From: Candidatus Bathyarchaeota archaeon
GTDB taxonomy: Archaea; Thermoproteota; Bathyarchaeia; Bathyarchaeales; DTEX01
Length of the DNA: 64,000 nucleotides
NCBI GenBank assembly: GCA_018396655.1
Contig: JAGTQF010000003.1
Coordinates: forward strand, 18,953-82,952
Reading direction: 5' to 3'
The notes under the pieces are model-generated. The model was not told the DNA's origin. It saw nothing but the letters and a program-made list of their open reading frames with translations, and made no database searches. Every line of letters begins with the position of its first letter. Position 1 is the stretch's first letter. Of the stretch, positions 1-9,347 are shown piece after piece. The translations under genes were made by a program, and so were the position numbers.

Positions 1-1
1 C

Positions 2-1579
2 TGGATTGCTGAGCATGCGTTGGACTGGCTTCCAAGCGAGGCTAAACAATGGATAACCGCAAACCTAAACCTGTATCTCTATGGAACTGAGCTTCCCGAT
101 AATAGGCAAGCTCCAGACGGTATAGGGGACACAGGACTCCACCACATATACTTCAGCGCAGGCGGAATTCTTGTGGATGATGCTGCTGCCCGCAGGGCGA
201 ACGCAACATTTAATCAAGCGTTGACCTTTATGCTTTCAGGGGACTTTGCTTCAGCCGCGAAGTATGCTGGAGCCATGACTCATTATATAGCGGATATGGC
301 CGTCTTCGGCCACGTCATGGGCGCTGGCACGGATTGGGGTGCTGAGGTGCACCACAGCGACTACGAAGACTACGTGGGCAGAAAAACCTCAAGCTATAAT
401 TCAGAGTGGAGTGCTTATCTATCCTTTGACGGTGAACTTAGGCTCATCACTGCCTATGATGCGGCAGTTGAATTGGCATATGATACAACGTTCGATAGGT
501 CCGGAAGGGGTTTAACATGCACCTGGATGGATGAGAATTATAATTGGAGCAACCCAGCATTCATGGCGAGGGCTCTTGAATCGCTTAACCTCGCAGTGAA
601 CTATATTACGGATGTTCTATACGCGCTTTACACGGTGTATGCTGCCAAAACAACTAAACAACCGGTTGCCATAGTAACGTTTTCAGTTAGCGGAATGGAC
701 TCCGGCGCTTCAGGCACGATTTTGGTTGTTGACGGAGTTTCCTATATATACAGCCAGTTGCCCATGACCTTCACGTGGGAGATTGGCTCAACCCATAGAT
801 ATGAGTGGGCCAATATAGTTGAGTCAACATCCGAAGATGTAAGGTTTAGGCTTACCTTTGTAATGGGCCTCTCAAATAAATCTTTGGACTCCATAACTGT
901 TTCACATGAAGGGGGCTTCATCGAGGCCGTTTACAAGACCCAGTATAGAGTTGGGATAGGGGCCGAAGCCGGTAAAGGAACGACTGAGCCACCTCCGGGA
1001 ATATATTGGTTTGATGCTGGAGCGCATGTGAATGTGACGGCGATTCCTGGGCCAAAGTATGAGCTTAAGATGTGGAGGGCGATTACGGCGGCTGGCGCAA
1101 CATATGACCACTACAGTAACCCAACAACTATCTTGCTGGATGGCCCAATAAATATAGTCGCCGAGTTCACAGAGGCATTCGACTACCAGATAACCCTAAT
1201 TCCGAGCACTATATCTCTGTATAGGGGGAAGTCTGCGGACGTAAGCGTCCAGGTTGAGCGCACGGCCGGGGAAGCCCGCCAGAAGATTATGCTTTTGCTC
1301 ACTGGCGCTCTGAGCGGAATCTCATATAAATTTAATGTGGAGTCCGGTTATCCGCCCTTACACACGACGCTGACGATAACAGCGTCCAATGATGCTCCCA
1401 TTGGGACTCACATTTTAACCGTTAGGGCGCTTTATGGCGAGGTCGTGAAGGAAATTCCACTGTCGGTCACAATAATGGAACCCGAGAAGGCGTGGTATGA
1501 GCAGCCATGGACTCTGGCAGCCGTAGCCCTCATAGCCGTAGTGGCGGTCGCCATCCTCATTTGGAGGCGGAGGGCTTAA
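2..1579 (+). CDS. Membrane-anchored surface protein, 5'-truncated by the window edge. N-terminal Zn-phospholipase C / S1-P1 nuclease-like helical domain, beta-rich repeats, C-terminal TM anchor.
   Basis: The frame is open from nt 2 (WIAEHA precedes the listed TTG at 20). His/Asp clusters HHIYF, THYIADMAVFGH and EVHHSDYEDY resemble the Zn-PLC fold. The C-terminus is WTLAAVALIAVVAVAILIW followed by RRRA. Confidence 0.4.
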   Translation, partial: WIAEHALDWLPSEAKQWITANLNLYLYGTELPDNRQAPDGIGDTGLHHIYFSAGGILVDDAAARRANATFNQALTFMLSGDFASAAKYAGAMTHYIADMAVFGHVMGAGTDWGAEVHHSDYEDYVGRKTSSYNSEWSAYLSFDGELRLITAYDAAVELAYDTTFDRSGRGLTCTWMDENYNWSNPAFMARALESLNLAVNYITDVLYALYTVYAAKTTKQPVAIVTFSVSGMDSGASGTILVVDGVSYIYSQLPMTFTWEIGSTHRYEWANIVESTSEDVRFRLTFVMGLSNKSLDSITVSHEGGFIEAVYKTQYRVGIGAEAGKGTTEPPPGIYWFDAGAHVNVTAIPGPKYELKMWRAITAAGATYDHYSNPTTILLDGPINIVAEFTEAFDYQITLIPSTISLYRGKSADVSVQVERTAGEARQKIMLLLTGALSGISYKFNVESGYPPLHTTLTITASNDAPIGTHILTVRALYGEVVKEIPLSVTIMEPEKAWYEQPWTLAAVALIAVVAVAILIWRRRA

Positions 1580-1638
1580 AACATGAGTTTCAGGGGATAG
1601 AATGTCCGTTTAGTCGCTAAAAGGGCTACTCCAGTTTT

Positions 1639-2460
1639 CTAGAAGTCGATGGGTGCTACTTTTAGCGCCTTTTCCCCTAAGAGTTTATTTACAACTAATT
1701 GCGCCACTTTAGCTCCACTTAATAGCATTCCTCCGAAGATTGGGCCCATTCGCGGGGTCTGGTCTATAGCCGCAACAGCCATTCCGGCGGCGAAGAGTCC
1801 GGGACAAACCTCTCTAGTTCCCTCCACAGTCAATTTTTCAGCCTTAGAGGTCCACATCGACTTCTCACCTAAAACAGAAATTTTCAGCTCCGGTATTTTC
1901 TTAGAGGCGACTGATAAGACTTCAGCGTCATGTCCAGTGCAGTCTACAACAGCCCTCGCCTTAATTCCGAGCGGGTCGACATGCAGCCTAGCCATCACTA
2001 CAGAAGACCACTGGATAACCACGCCGACTATTCTGAGCGGATTATCCCTATATATCACATCGTCAACCGTTACACCCAATATTATCTTTGCGCCGGAGTC
2101 AATCGCCTTAGACGCGAGTTTAGCCATCATCTCAGCAGCATCAACAATGAAGAGGCCATTCTCAAGAGACTCCATCCTGCAGCCAGCATCCTCTAAAATT
2201 TTCTCAGCCGGAGACTCGACGATTATCTTGTGGAATTGCATTCCACCACCACCCATGCCGCCACCAAAGGAGAGCCTCCTCTCAAACAAAACCGTCCTTA
2301 AGCCAGCCTTAGCTGTATACATAGCTGCCGTAAGCCCCGATGGGCCAGCGCCAACTATTATAACATCCACATCGGCGATTTTCAGCCAATCCTCCATAGT
2401 CTTCTGGATAATCAGCCTAGTAACTTTCTCCTCCTCAACCTCCTTAATCTCAAGCGGCAT
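1639..2460 (-). CDS. thi4: Thiazole synthase Thi4 (thiamine biosynthesis; Thi4 / ribose-1,5-bisphosphate isomerase-like family)
   Basis: 273 aa. Dinucleotide-binding motif [14 protein letters not shown], a GGGMGGGG loop, the TGHDAEV motif and a length typical of archaeal Thi4. Confidence 0.85.
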   Translation of the reverse strand: MPLEIKEVEEEKVTRLIIQKTMEDWLKIADVDVIIVGAGPSGLTAAMYTAKAGLRTVLFERRLSFGGGMGGGGMQFHKIIVESPAEKILEDAGCRMESLENGLFIVDAAEMMAKLASKAIDSGAKIILGVTVDDVIYRDNPLRIVGVVIQWSSVVMARLHVDPLGIKARAVVDCTGHDAEVLSVASKKIPELKISVLGEKSMWTSKAEKLTVEGTREVCPGLFAAGMAVAAIDQTPRMGPIFGGMLLSGAKVAQLVVNKLLGEKALKVAPIDF

Positions 2461-2561
2461 CCCATCAGCCTCCCAAAAGATTCGCCCTTAACCTAAGATA
2501 AGCATAATTTCTTAGACGTCTGCTTTAAAGTTTTTTACGAGATTCTGCCATAAAAATTCAC

Positions 2562-2601
2562 GGAGAGAGGGAAAGGCTATCAGGATGATAGGGAGGTATC
2601 A
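2562..2601 (+). repeat. Copy 1 of a three-copy intergenic motif: purine tract, CTATC-N5-GATAG hairpin, then GGAGGTATCA
   Basis: ggagagagggaaaggCTATCaggatGATAGggaggtatca lies between divergent thi4 and purC. It shares the core with copies at 23438-23480 and 53103-53144. Confidence 0.55.
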
Positions 2602-2665
2602 GGTGGCATGTGCAAGAAGAAAAAATATTAAAGTGTGGCGTCCGCAAATTAAGGGAGGATAAATA

Positions 2666-3718
2666 ATGGGGAGCGTAAAGGACCTAGAAGTTATTAGAAA
2701 ACCAACCCCGGAATCTATGGGGGTAGGTAGATTTCACTTTTCTGACCGCTACTCAGTCTTCGATTGGGGTGAGATGCCAGACCACATAGAAGGTAAGGGA
2801 GCAGCAATATGCCTTATGGGAGCATATTGCTTCGAAATGCTTGAGAGGAGGGGCATAAAAACCCACTATCGCGGTCTCATGGATGGAAAGGGGAGAATCG
2901 TCCACTTTGACGAGCTCGAGGAACCAACGAACATCATGGAGATAAATCTAGTTAACGTGTATAGGCCTAAAGCCTACGTGGAGAATGGCAAACTCAAATA
3001 CGACTACAGCATTTACACACCAAACCTGAAAAACTACCTACTACCCCTAGAAATAATTTACAGAAATGGGCTGCCAGAAGGCTCATCAATCTTTAAAAGG
3101 CTTGAACAGGGGCTCGTAACTCTGAAAGAATTAGGCTTGGACCACATGCCCAAACCCGGCGAGAGACTTGCAAAGCCCATATTCGACGTGAGCACAAAGC
3201 TCGAGGAGAGCGATAGATATATTACTTGGGAGGAGGCCCAAAGAATTGCGGGCCTAACAGAACAGGAGGTTGAGGAAGTCAAATCTATCCTATTAAAGGT
3301 TGACGAGACCATAACCGAGATTGCCGGAGAGGCTGGCTTAGTGAATGAGGATGGAAAGATAGAGCTAGCCTTTGACCCGGAGAGGCAATTAATGGTTGTG
3401 GACGTCGTCGGAACGCTGGATGAATGCAGGTTCACGTATAATGGTTTTCATGTAAGTAAAGAGGTTGCCCGAATATATTATAGGCGAACAGAATGGGCCA
3501 AAGAAGTGGATGAGGCAAAGAAAAAATCAAGAGAGCAAGGTATAGAGGACTGGAAAACCCTAGTAAAAACTAAACCACCGAAACTGGAGCCAAAGCTCAA
3601 AACCCTAATAAGCCAAATGTATATGGCCACAGCAAACGAAATAACCAAAAGAAGATTCTTCGAAACGCCAAAACTGGCAGACATACTCAAAGACCTCCAA
3701 ACCTACTTCCAACATTAA
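2666..3718 (+). CDS. purC: SAICAR synthetase (phosphoribosylaminoimidazole-succinocarboxamide synthase), long form
   Basis: The N-terminus GSVKDLEV...GRFHFSDRYSVFDWGEMPD...KG matches the PurC signature. At 350 aa it is longer than the roughly 235-aa canonical enzyme, so a SAICAR-synthase-like paralogue is possible. Confidence 0.7.
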   Translation: MGSVKDLEVIRKPTPESMGVGRFHFSDRYSVFDWGEMPDHIEGKGAAICLMGAYCFEMLERRGIKTHYRGLMDGKGRIVHFDELEEPTNIMEINLVNVYRPKAYVENGKLKYDYSIYTPNLKNYLLPLEIIYRNGLPEGSSIFKRLEQGLVTLKELGLDHMPKPGERLAKPIFDVSTKLEESDRYITWEEAQRIAGLTEQEVEEVKSILLKVDETITEIAGEAGLVNEDGKIELAFDPERQLMVVDVVGTLDECRFTYNGFHVSKEVARIYYRRTEWAKEVDEAKKKSREQGIEDWKTLVKTKPPKLEPKLKTLISQMYMATANEITKRRFFETPKLADILKDLQTYFQH

Positions 3719-3810
3719 CAAGACCATAAGATTAATCCTAAAACGGGCTACAAAATTAATAGCAACGGTTAGCTCCAAAACTCCAAGAATTTAAATGTCA
3801 ACTACATCTT

Positions 3811-3967
3811 TGGTGCGGGGGGTGGGATTCGAACCCACGAACCCCTTCGGGACGGGATACCCCATCTTTTTAGATCTTGAGTCTTACGCGCATATGGTTA
3901 TCTTTTGCCATATGCTCCGCGCATTAAGTCCAAATCTGCCTGTTTGACCTGGCTCTGCCACCCCCGC
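3811..3967 (-). tRNA. tRNA-Leu (anticodon CAA, or TAA depending on the splice site) with at least one long intron and probably two. CCA is encoded.
   Basis: Acceptor GCGGGGG/CCCCCGC, T arm GTGGG-TTCGAAT-CCCAC and discriminator A plus CCA are all present. The locus is 157 nt against about 88 nt expected. Removing 47 nt gives anticodon arm TTGGA-CTCAAGA-TCTAA. Removing a further 17 nt gives variable arm TCCCGAAGGGGTTC. Confidence 0.75.
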
Positions 3968-4065
3968 ATCCTCATATAATAGCTTTATCGTTTTTCTGCG
4001 ATAATTATATTTTATGGTTTCATCTCTAGGATTATTGTTTCACGCTTTATTGCTGGAGGGACTCT

Positions 4066-4992
4066 ATGAGTGAAGATAGGATTGTTGAGATGATTGAGGA
4101 GGCAAGCAAGAGTGTTGTTAACATTAATACTTTGAGAGTTTTTCATGACTTTCTCTATCAGGTTGTTCCAGTTGAGGGAATTGGTTCAGGCTTCATCTTT
4201 GATGAGAGGGGCTATATTTTAACGAACTATCATGTTGTTGAGGGTGCGAGGAGAATTATAGTAACGCTGGTTGATGGGCGTACTTTTGAGGCTAAGTTTA
4301 TTGGAGCTTATAGGGGTTTAGATATAGCGGTTTTGAAGATAGACGCGGACAATTTAGCTGTAGCCAAGCTGGGCGATTCCGATAAATTAAGGGTTGGACA
4401 GAGGGTTTTTGCTATAGGAAACCCATTCGGATTGGCTGGTGGACCAACAGTTACGTCTGGTGTTATAAGCGCATTAAAGAGAACAATCCACTCTGAGAGG
4501 GGAATATTTAGGGATCTGGTCCAAACTGATGCTGCTATAAACCCGGGTAACTCAGGTGGACCATTAGTTAACGTTAATGGGGAGGTTGTTGCGATAAATA
4601 CGGCTATAATTCCATTTGCTCAGGGAATTGGCTTTGCGATACCAATAAACGCTGCTAAGGAGGTTGCTAGAGAAATAATATTGTATGGTTCTTATGCGAG
4701 ACCATGGATTGGGATAGCTGGTGTTGGCGTGAATAGGCAGATTGCTGAATATTATGATTTGCCAGTTGAGCACGGTGTGCTCGTTGCTAGAGTTACGCCC
4801 GAGAGCCCAGCCGATAAGGCTGGAATCGAGCGTGGTGACATAATACTTGAGTTTGATGGTAAGCATATTGATGGGATAGAGGAGTTGCAGAAAATTCTGG
4901 CCGAGAAGAAGCATGGTTGCGAATGCGAAGCCATAATTTTAAGGGGATTGAGAAAGTTTAGAGTAAAAATTTTGTTGGAGAGGGAGCCCTAA
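4066..4992 (+). CDS. HtrA/DegP-family trypsin-like serine protease with C-terminal PDZ domain
   Basis: Catalytic-triad context TNYHVV, DIAVLK and GNSGGPL. A PDZ-like region (PADKAGIERGDIILEFDG) follows. Confidence 0.85.
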   Translation: MSEDRIVEMIEEASKSVVNINTLRVFHDFLYQVVPVEGIGSGFIFDERGYILTNYHVVEGARRIIVTLVDGRTFEAKFIGAYRGLDIAVLKIDADNLAVAKLGDSDKLRVGQRVFAIGNPFGLAGGPTVTSGVISALKRTIHSERGIFRDLVQTDAAINPGNSGGPLVNVNGEVVAINTAIIPFAQGIGFAIPINAAKEVAREIILYGSYARPWIGIAGVGVNRQIAEYYDLPVEHGVLVARVTPESPADKAGIERGDIILEFDGKHIDGIEELQKILAEKKHGCECEAIILRGLRKFRVKILLEREP

Positions 4993-5046
4993 ACCGCAAA
5001 TATTAATAAATCTTAAACCCTATTAATGCTTTTGTGGTGATGCTCA

Positions 5047-5361
5047 ATGCCAATAGACCCGGACTTTCAGAAGAATAGGAAGATTGTCGATACTCATAGG
5101 GGGCATGCTGTTTGGGGGCCAGTTGAACCTCCTACAAAACTTGGGATTCATGGAACAAACGTTGCTGTTGATTGGGATATATGTGAGGGCTGTGGAACAT
5201 GCATTGATGTATGCCCAGTAGGCTTATATGAATGGGCCGAGACGCCTGGCCATCCCGTTTCAGAGAAGAAGTCTGACCCGGTTAGGGAGTCTGAGTGCAT
5301 ACAGTGCTTAGCATGCGAGACCCAATGCCCAACACAAGCAATAAAAATCACCCCACCATAA
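5047..5361 (+). CDS. zfx: Zinc-containing 2x[Fe-S] ferredoxin (Sulfolobus type)
   Basis: 104 aa. Two cluster motifs, CEGCGTCIDVCP and CIQCLACETQCP. The N-terminal extension carries H17-x2-H20-x14-H35 and D77, matching the Zn ligands of the Sulfolobus ferredoxin. The sequence is alignable by eye along its full length. Confidence 0.85.
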   Translation: MPIDPDFQKNRKIVDTHRGHAVWGPVEPPTKLGIHGTNVAVDWDICEGCGTCIDVCPVGLYEWAETPGHPVSEKKSDPVRESECIQCLACETQCPTQAIKITPP

Positions 5362-5449
5362 TCACCCCCACTTTCTTTTTAAGAGGCCACCAATAATCCA
5401 CATTAATCAGTAATATCGAGTTTCTTAGTCATGATGATGTGAGATTGAT

Positions 5450-6316
5450 ATGCTAGAGGACGTTAAGAAGATAATATTAGCCGCCCAGAAGAATGAGATT
5501 ACCGAGCACTATATTTATAGGAGGCTGGCTCAATCAATAAAGGACTCTAATAATAGGGATGTTCTGAGACACATATCGATTGAGGAGCTTGAACACTACG
5601 ATTTTTGGAGAGGGTACACCCGCAAGGATGTTAAACCAAGTAGGCTTAGGATTTGGAAATACCTCTTAATCTCCAAGATTTTTGGGATAACTTTCGGAAT
5701 AAAGCTCATGGAGAGAGGAGAAGAAAGGGCTAAAGTCATATATGAAAAAATATCCAAGCAGATTCCAGAGGCTTCCAGAATAATTGAGGATGAGGATTTG
5801 CATGAGAAGGAGCTTATCGGCTTAATTGATGAGGAGAAACTCAGATATATTAGTTCTATAGTTTTGGGGTTGAATGATGCTCTCGTTGAGCTTACAGGAG
5901 CGCTTACTGGTTTTACTCTAGCCTTCCAAGAAGCGCGTTTAGTTGCAATGACGGGACTAATTACTGGAATTGCAGGAGCATTATCAATGGCCACATCAGA
6001 GTATTTATCAACTAAATCCGAGGGAGACTCTAGGAGTCCGCTTAAGGCGGCTGCTTATACTGGCATAACCTATATCTTCACCATTCTATTTTTGATATTA
6101 CCATACATTTTCTTAGCCGAAATTTATGCATGCATAATTTTAACGTTAATAAACGCAGTAATACTCATTTTCTTGTTTACCTTCTATGTCTCTATAGCAA
6201 AGGACTTATCCTTTAAGAGAAGATTCCTAGAGATGATTATAGTAAGTCTTGGGATAGCGTGCCTAACCTTCTTCATAGGTTTTCTTGTGAAGATATTTCT
6301 AAACATAGAGATATAA
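5450..6316 (+). CDS. Rubrerythrin/ferritin-like domain fused to a VIT1/CCC1 iron-transporter membrane domain
   Basis: The N-terminus has EITEHYIYRRLA and ExxH (EELEHY) di-iron motifs. The C-terminal half has the VIT1 pattern (LGLNDALVELTGALTG, SMATSEYLS) and hydrophobic helices. Confidence 0.7.
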   Translation: MLEDVKKIILAAQKNEITEHYIYRRLAQSIKDSNNRDVLRHISIEELEHYDFWRGYTRKDVKPSRLRIWKYLLISKIFGITFGIKLMERGEERAKVIYEKISKQIPEASRIIEDEDLHEKELIGLIDEEKLRYISSIVLGLNDALVELTGALTGFTLAFQEARLVAMTGLITGIAGALSMATSEYLSTKSEGDSRSPLKAAAYTGITYIFTILFLILPYIFLAEIYACIILTLINAVILIFLFTFYVSIAKDLSFKRRFLEMIIVSLGIACLTFFIGFLVKIFLNIEI

Positions 6317-6434
6317 GATTGAGAAGTTAGACGCAAAGATAAGAGAGTCTCTGTAAAAGTTTGGAGTGGCTTAAAGATTACTAAAAGAAAAAAAGGGAGT
6401 AGAGGTGATGTTCTAGTATGCTGCTGAGAGTCTC

Positions 6435-7097
6435 TTACTCTATCTTCTTATAGCATAGCCACCAATCTAGGCACTTTATTTCTCCAGCCTTCTCCTGCTC
6501 CCTTCTCTTCTGAATCATTTCCACAGTGTTCGCTGGTGGAACAATCACATTGTCGCCAATTATCTCATTATTAGGCCAGTTGGCTGGTATAGCATAGCCT
6601 TTATCGGCAATCTGTAGCGCCTTTACCATTCGGAGTATCTCATCCATGTTTCTGCCAAGTTCCATTGGATAATAAAGTATCGCCCTAACAATACTCTTAG
6701 GGTCAACTATAAAGACCGCCCTCACGGTTTGAGTTCCGGCAGCCTGCTTATGGCGCATACCCAATCTTGCAGATATCTCGCCAGTGTTATCCGCAATTAT
6801 TGGGAACTGTATCTCCACGCCAAGCTTCTCTTTAATCCACTCCTCCCACTTTAAATGCGCAAAGACCTGGTCTATGCTCAGCCCTATCAGCTCACAGTTT
6901 AGCTTTTTGAATTCCTCATACCTCTTCTGGAATGCAACAAACTCAGTTGTGCATACTGGCGTGAAGTCCGCTGGATGGCTGAACAGAATAAACCACTTAC
7001 CACTATAATCGTCTGGAAGCTTAATTATGCCCCTGGTTGTTCTAACTTCCATTTGAGGAAATCTATCGCCTATTAAGGGCATCTTATACTCTTCCAT
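6435..7097 (-). CDS. Peroxiredoxin (archaeal Prx6-like thiol peroxidase)
   Basis: Peroxidatic-Cys motif [12 protein letters not shown]. 220 aa. The C-terminal Cys pair CLDWWLC is typical of archaeal Prx. Confidence 0.85.
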   Translation of the reverse strand: MEEYKMPLIGDRFPQMEVRTTRGIIKLPDDYSGKWFILFSHPADFTPVCTTEFVAFQKRYEEFKKLNCELIGLSIDQVFAHLKWEEWIKEKLGVEIQFPIIADNTGEISARLGMRHKQAAGTQTVRAVFIVDPKSIVRAILYYPMELGRNMDEILRMVKALQIADKGYAIPANWPNNEIIGDNVIVPPANTVEMIQKRREQEKAGEIKCLDWWLCYKKIE

Positions 7098-7304
7098 AAA
7101 AGCTCACCATACAATCCTTTAACCACAAAATAATATAAGGCTTCCTTACAAAAATCGGCTCAAAAATAAAAATCTAAGCTCAAATTTCGCGGTTTTACCA
7201 TCGCCCCCATAGAAGATTCCGGCAAAGATAGACTCAATCCAACACGCTAAACACTTTAAATTTTAGCCTAAATAATTCTCAGTTTAATATGGGAAAGTAT
7301 CACT

Positions 7305-7904
7305 ATGGATTCGCGGACGAGGATTGAAGCCCTCCAGCAACTAATGGATGAAGTTAGTAAGTGCAGGAAATGCAACCTATGGAGGTCTAGGAGGAATCCT
7401 GTTCTGGGCGATGGAAGCGTGGAGGCATCAATAGTTTTCATTGGTGAGGCACCAGGATACTGGGAAGATATTAAGGGTAAACCCTTCGTCGGCTCAGCTG
7501 GAAAGCTCCTAGATGAAATCCTTAGGGAGAATTTAATCTTAAGAGATGAAATCTACATAACAAACGTTTTAAAATGCAGGCCTCCAGAGAATAGGGACCC
7601 GCGTCCAGAGGAGATTGCTGCATGTAGTGATTATCTTGAGAGGCAGCTTGATTTGATAAGGCCTAAGATAATTGTGACGCTTGGCAGACACTCAACGGCG
7701 TATATTTTCTCTAGAGCTGGCATCCCATTTAAGTCTATAGGTGATGTTCAGGGAAGAATATATGAGGTGAAATTCTGGGAGACGAAGACTTACGTGGTTC
7801 CGTCCTATCATCCAGCAGCAGCCCTATATAATGCGAAGCTTAGGGATGAAATTGGGAATGCAATAAGACTTGTTGGAAGAATGAGAGGCGAATTAGGCAT
7901 TTAG
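7305..7904 (+). CDS. udg: Uracil-DNA glycosylase, family 4 (Fe-S containing)
   Basis: Motifs GEAPG(YWED) and HPAAALYN are present. Four Cys (CRKC, KCRPP, AACS) are placed as in family-4 UDGs. Confidence 0.85.
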   Translation: MDSRTRIEALQQLMDEVSKCRKCNLWRSRRNPVLGDGSVEASIVFIGEAPGYWEDIKGKPFVGSAGKLLDEILRENLILRDEIYITNVLKCRPPENRDPRPEEIAACSDYLERQLDLIRPKIIVTLGRHSTAYIFSRAGIPFKSIGDVQGRIYEVKFWETKTYVVPSYHPAAALYNAKLRDEIGNAIRLVGRMRGELGI

Positions 7905-7944
7905 CGCCCTAAAAACCATTATATACCTTTGTTTAAGTAGGGCG
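7905..7944 (+). promoter_or_regulatory. 7-bp perfect inverted repeat (CGCCCTA...TAGGGCG) bracketing a TATA-like ATTATATA upstream of the 7965 gene
   Basis: The sequence is cgccctaaaaaccATTATATAcctttgtttaagtagggcg. The TATA-like element lies about 40 nt upstream of the ATG at 7965 and immediately after the udg stop. Confidence 0.3.
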
Positions 7945-7964
7945 TTAATGAGGAAGGTGATGAT

Positions 7965-8789
7965 ATGTTCGTGGGTTTTCTTACGGCACCTTTGAGAGAG
8001 TGGAGTTTAGAGAAAATCGTTGAATGGGCTTCTAAGAATGGGTTTGGGGGTTTAGAGGTTTTAGTTTCACCAACCATAAGGCAGATTGATGTTGATAGGG
8101 TCCTGGCTGGAGGAGCTAGTGATGTTAGGCGCTTATTCTATGAGAGGGGGCTGAAGATATCGGGTTTAGCCTTTTATAGCACAAGAATACTTGAAGATGA
8201 GAAGGAGCAAAACTTTCTATTAAGGGTTGTTGAGGCAGCTTCAGCCTTAGATGTGGGTGTAGTCTGCACGCTGGCCGGTGGACCGGTTAAGGGTAAGGAT
8301 AAAATGCGGACTTTGAAAGAGGATTTCCCAAGAGTTTTCGGCCCAATTGTTGATACTGCTAGGGAGCATGGCGTAAAACTAGCCTTAGAGAATTGGTATG
8401 CGACAAATCTCCAGGGCTTAAACCATTTTCAAGCCGCATTCGAAAGCATTCCGGATAAGACTTTAGGCTTAAACTTTGACCCATCCCATCTCTTTTGGCA
8501 GCAAATAGATTATATTGAGGCGGTTTACAAGTTCGGCGATAGAATCTACCATACTCATGCTAAGGATACTGAGATACTGCCCTTCAGGCTTAGATATGTG
8601 GGCGTTTTAGGTAGGGATTGGTGGAGGTATAGGATACCTGGCTGGGGTGGGATAAATTGGCGTTCATATATCACCGCCCTTAGGGAGGTTGGTTACAATT
8701 ATGTGCTTAGCATTGAGCATGAGGACCAGTTTTTCAGCCCGGAGGAGGGGCTAATTAATGGCAGAAAGTTCCTTGAGAGCCTCCTCTAA
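7965..8789 (+). CDS. Sugar phosphate isomerase/epimerase (xylose isomerase-like TIM barrel)
   Basis: 274 aa with the family pattern ...LALENW..., NFDPSHL and HAKD. Substrate unknown. Confidence 0.6.
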   Translation: MFVGFLTAPLREWSLEKIVEWASKNGFGGLEVLVSPTIRQIDVDRVLAGGASDVRRLFYERGLKISGLAFYSTRILEDEKEQNFLLRVVEAASALDVGVVCTLAGGPVKGKDKMRTLKEDFPRVFGPIVDTAREHGVKLALENWYATNLQGLNHFQAAFESIPDKTLGLNFDPSHLFWQQIDYIEAVYKFGDRIYHTHAKDTEILPFRLRYVGVLGRDWWRYRIPGWGGINWRSYITALREVGYNYVLSIEHEDQFFSPEEGLINGRKFLESLL

Positions 8790-8810
8790 CAGATTGTTTC
8801 TAACCCTCTT

Positions 8811-9347
8811 TTACTCCATGCTTAAACCTTTTCTGGCATTAGATATTAGGTCGGCGAGTATGCTGTAGACTCTTGTTGAGTCCTCCATTTTAAGCACTAT
8901 TACTGTCTCGGTATAGCAGCTTATCGTCTCCTCAATATTTATCTGCCTCCTTGAGATGGCGTTATAGAACATGGCGATGCAGCCGGGCGTATCAACAATC
9001 TCCCTCGGACTCTGAATTATAATGGCTGCAAGATTACTCTTCTCATCAAGTATCTCCGAAGCCTCGAGCTTTAGGCGGATATCATTAAAGATTCTCTGGT
9101 CCGTTATTATGGTTAGGGTTATTGCACCCTCAAGAACCTGAAAGAATGCCTCTGGAAACTCGGCTGATATTAGCCTAGCCCTTTCAAGATTCTTTCTAGT
9201 CTTTTCAAGGGATATCTTTGCCAAGTTTGTTCTAATCGTTATAATGCTTTCAGATATGATTTTCAGATTTTCCTTTGATGGCTTAAATTTGGCCTTGGCA
9301 CGTTTAACGGATGTTATCATACCCTCTAGTGTTACTTTTCTTCCCAA
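8811..9347 (-). CDS. Putative regulator of amino-acid metabolism with a C-terminal ACT-like domain (COG2150-like). The true N-terminus is probably upstream of the listed start.
   Basis: The frame stays open to 9488 and encodes an HTH-like segment, LVELSLAKTVQYLIEGDPSIQDAIERGYANLSAVARLL. There is no ATG/GTG/TTG upstream of the TTG at 9347. The gene is divergent from argG. Confidence 0.5.
   Translation of the reverse strand: MGRKVTLEGMITSVKRAKAKFKPSKENLKIISESIITIRTNLAKISLEKTRKNLERARLISAEFPEAFFQVLEGAITLTIITDQRIFNDIRLKLEASEILDEKSNLAAIIIQSPREIVDTPGCIAMFYNAISRRQINIEETISCYTETVIVLKMEDSTRVYSILADLISNARKGLSME

Noticed and set aside
1649-2491. 280-aa ORF on the + strand covering the whole thi4 locus
   Set aside because: It is antisense to a gene with a clear Thi4 signature. 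Its translation is low-complexity Ser/Pro/Thr/Ile-rich with no motif, so it is a shadow ORF.
2461-2561. Expected TPP (THI-box) riboswitch upstream of thi4
   Set aside because: I could not find the conserved CUGAGA / ACCUGAUCUGGAUAAUGCCAGCG elements on the thi4 strand. The nearby conserved motif does not fit the THI-box.
5431-5437. C-box-like ATGATGA just upstream of the rubrerythrin-VIT1 gene (possible C/D box sRNA)
   Set aside because: There is no D or D' box (CTGA) at the required 12-nt guide spacing and no C' box. The sequence overlaps the start region of the gene.
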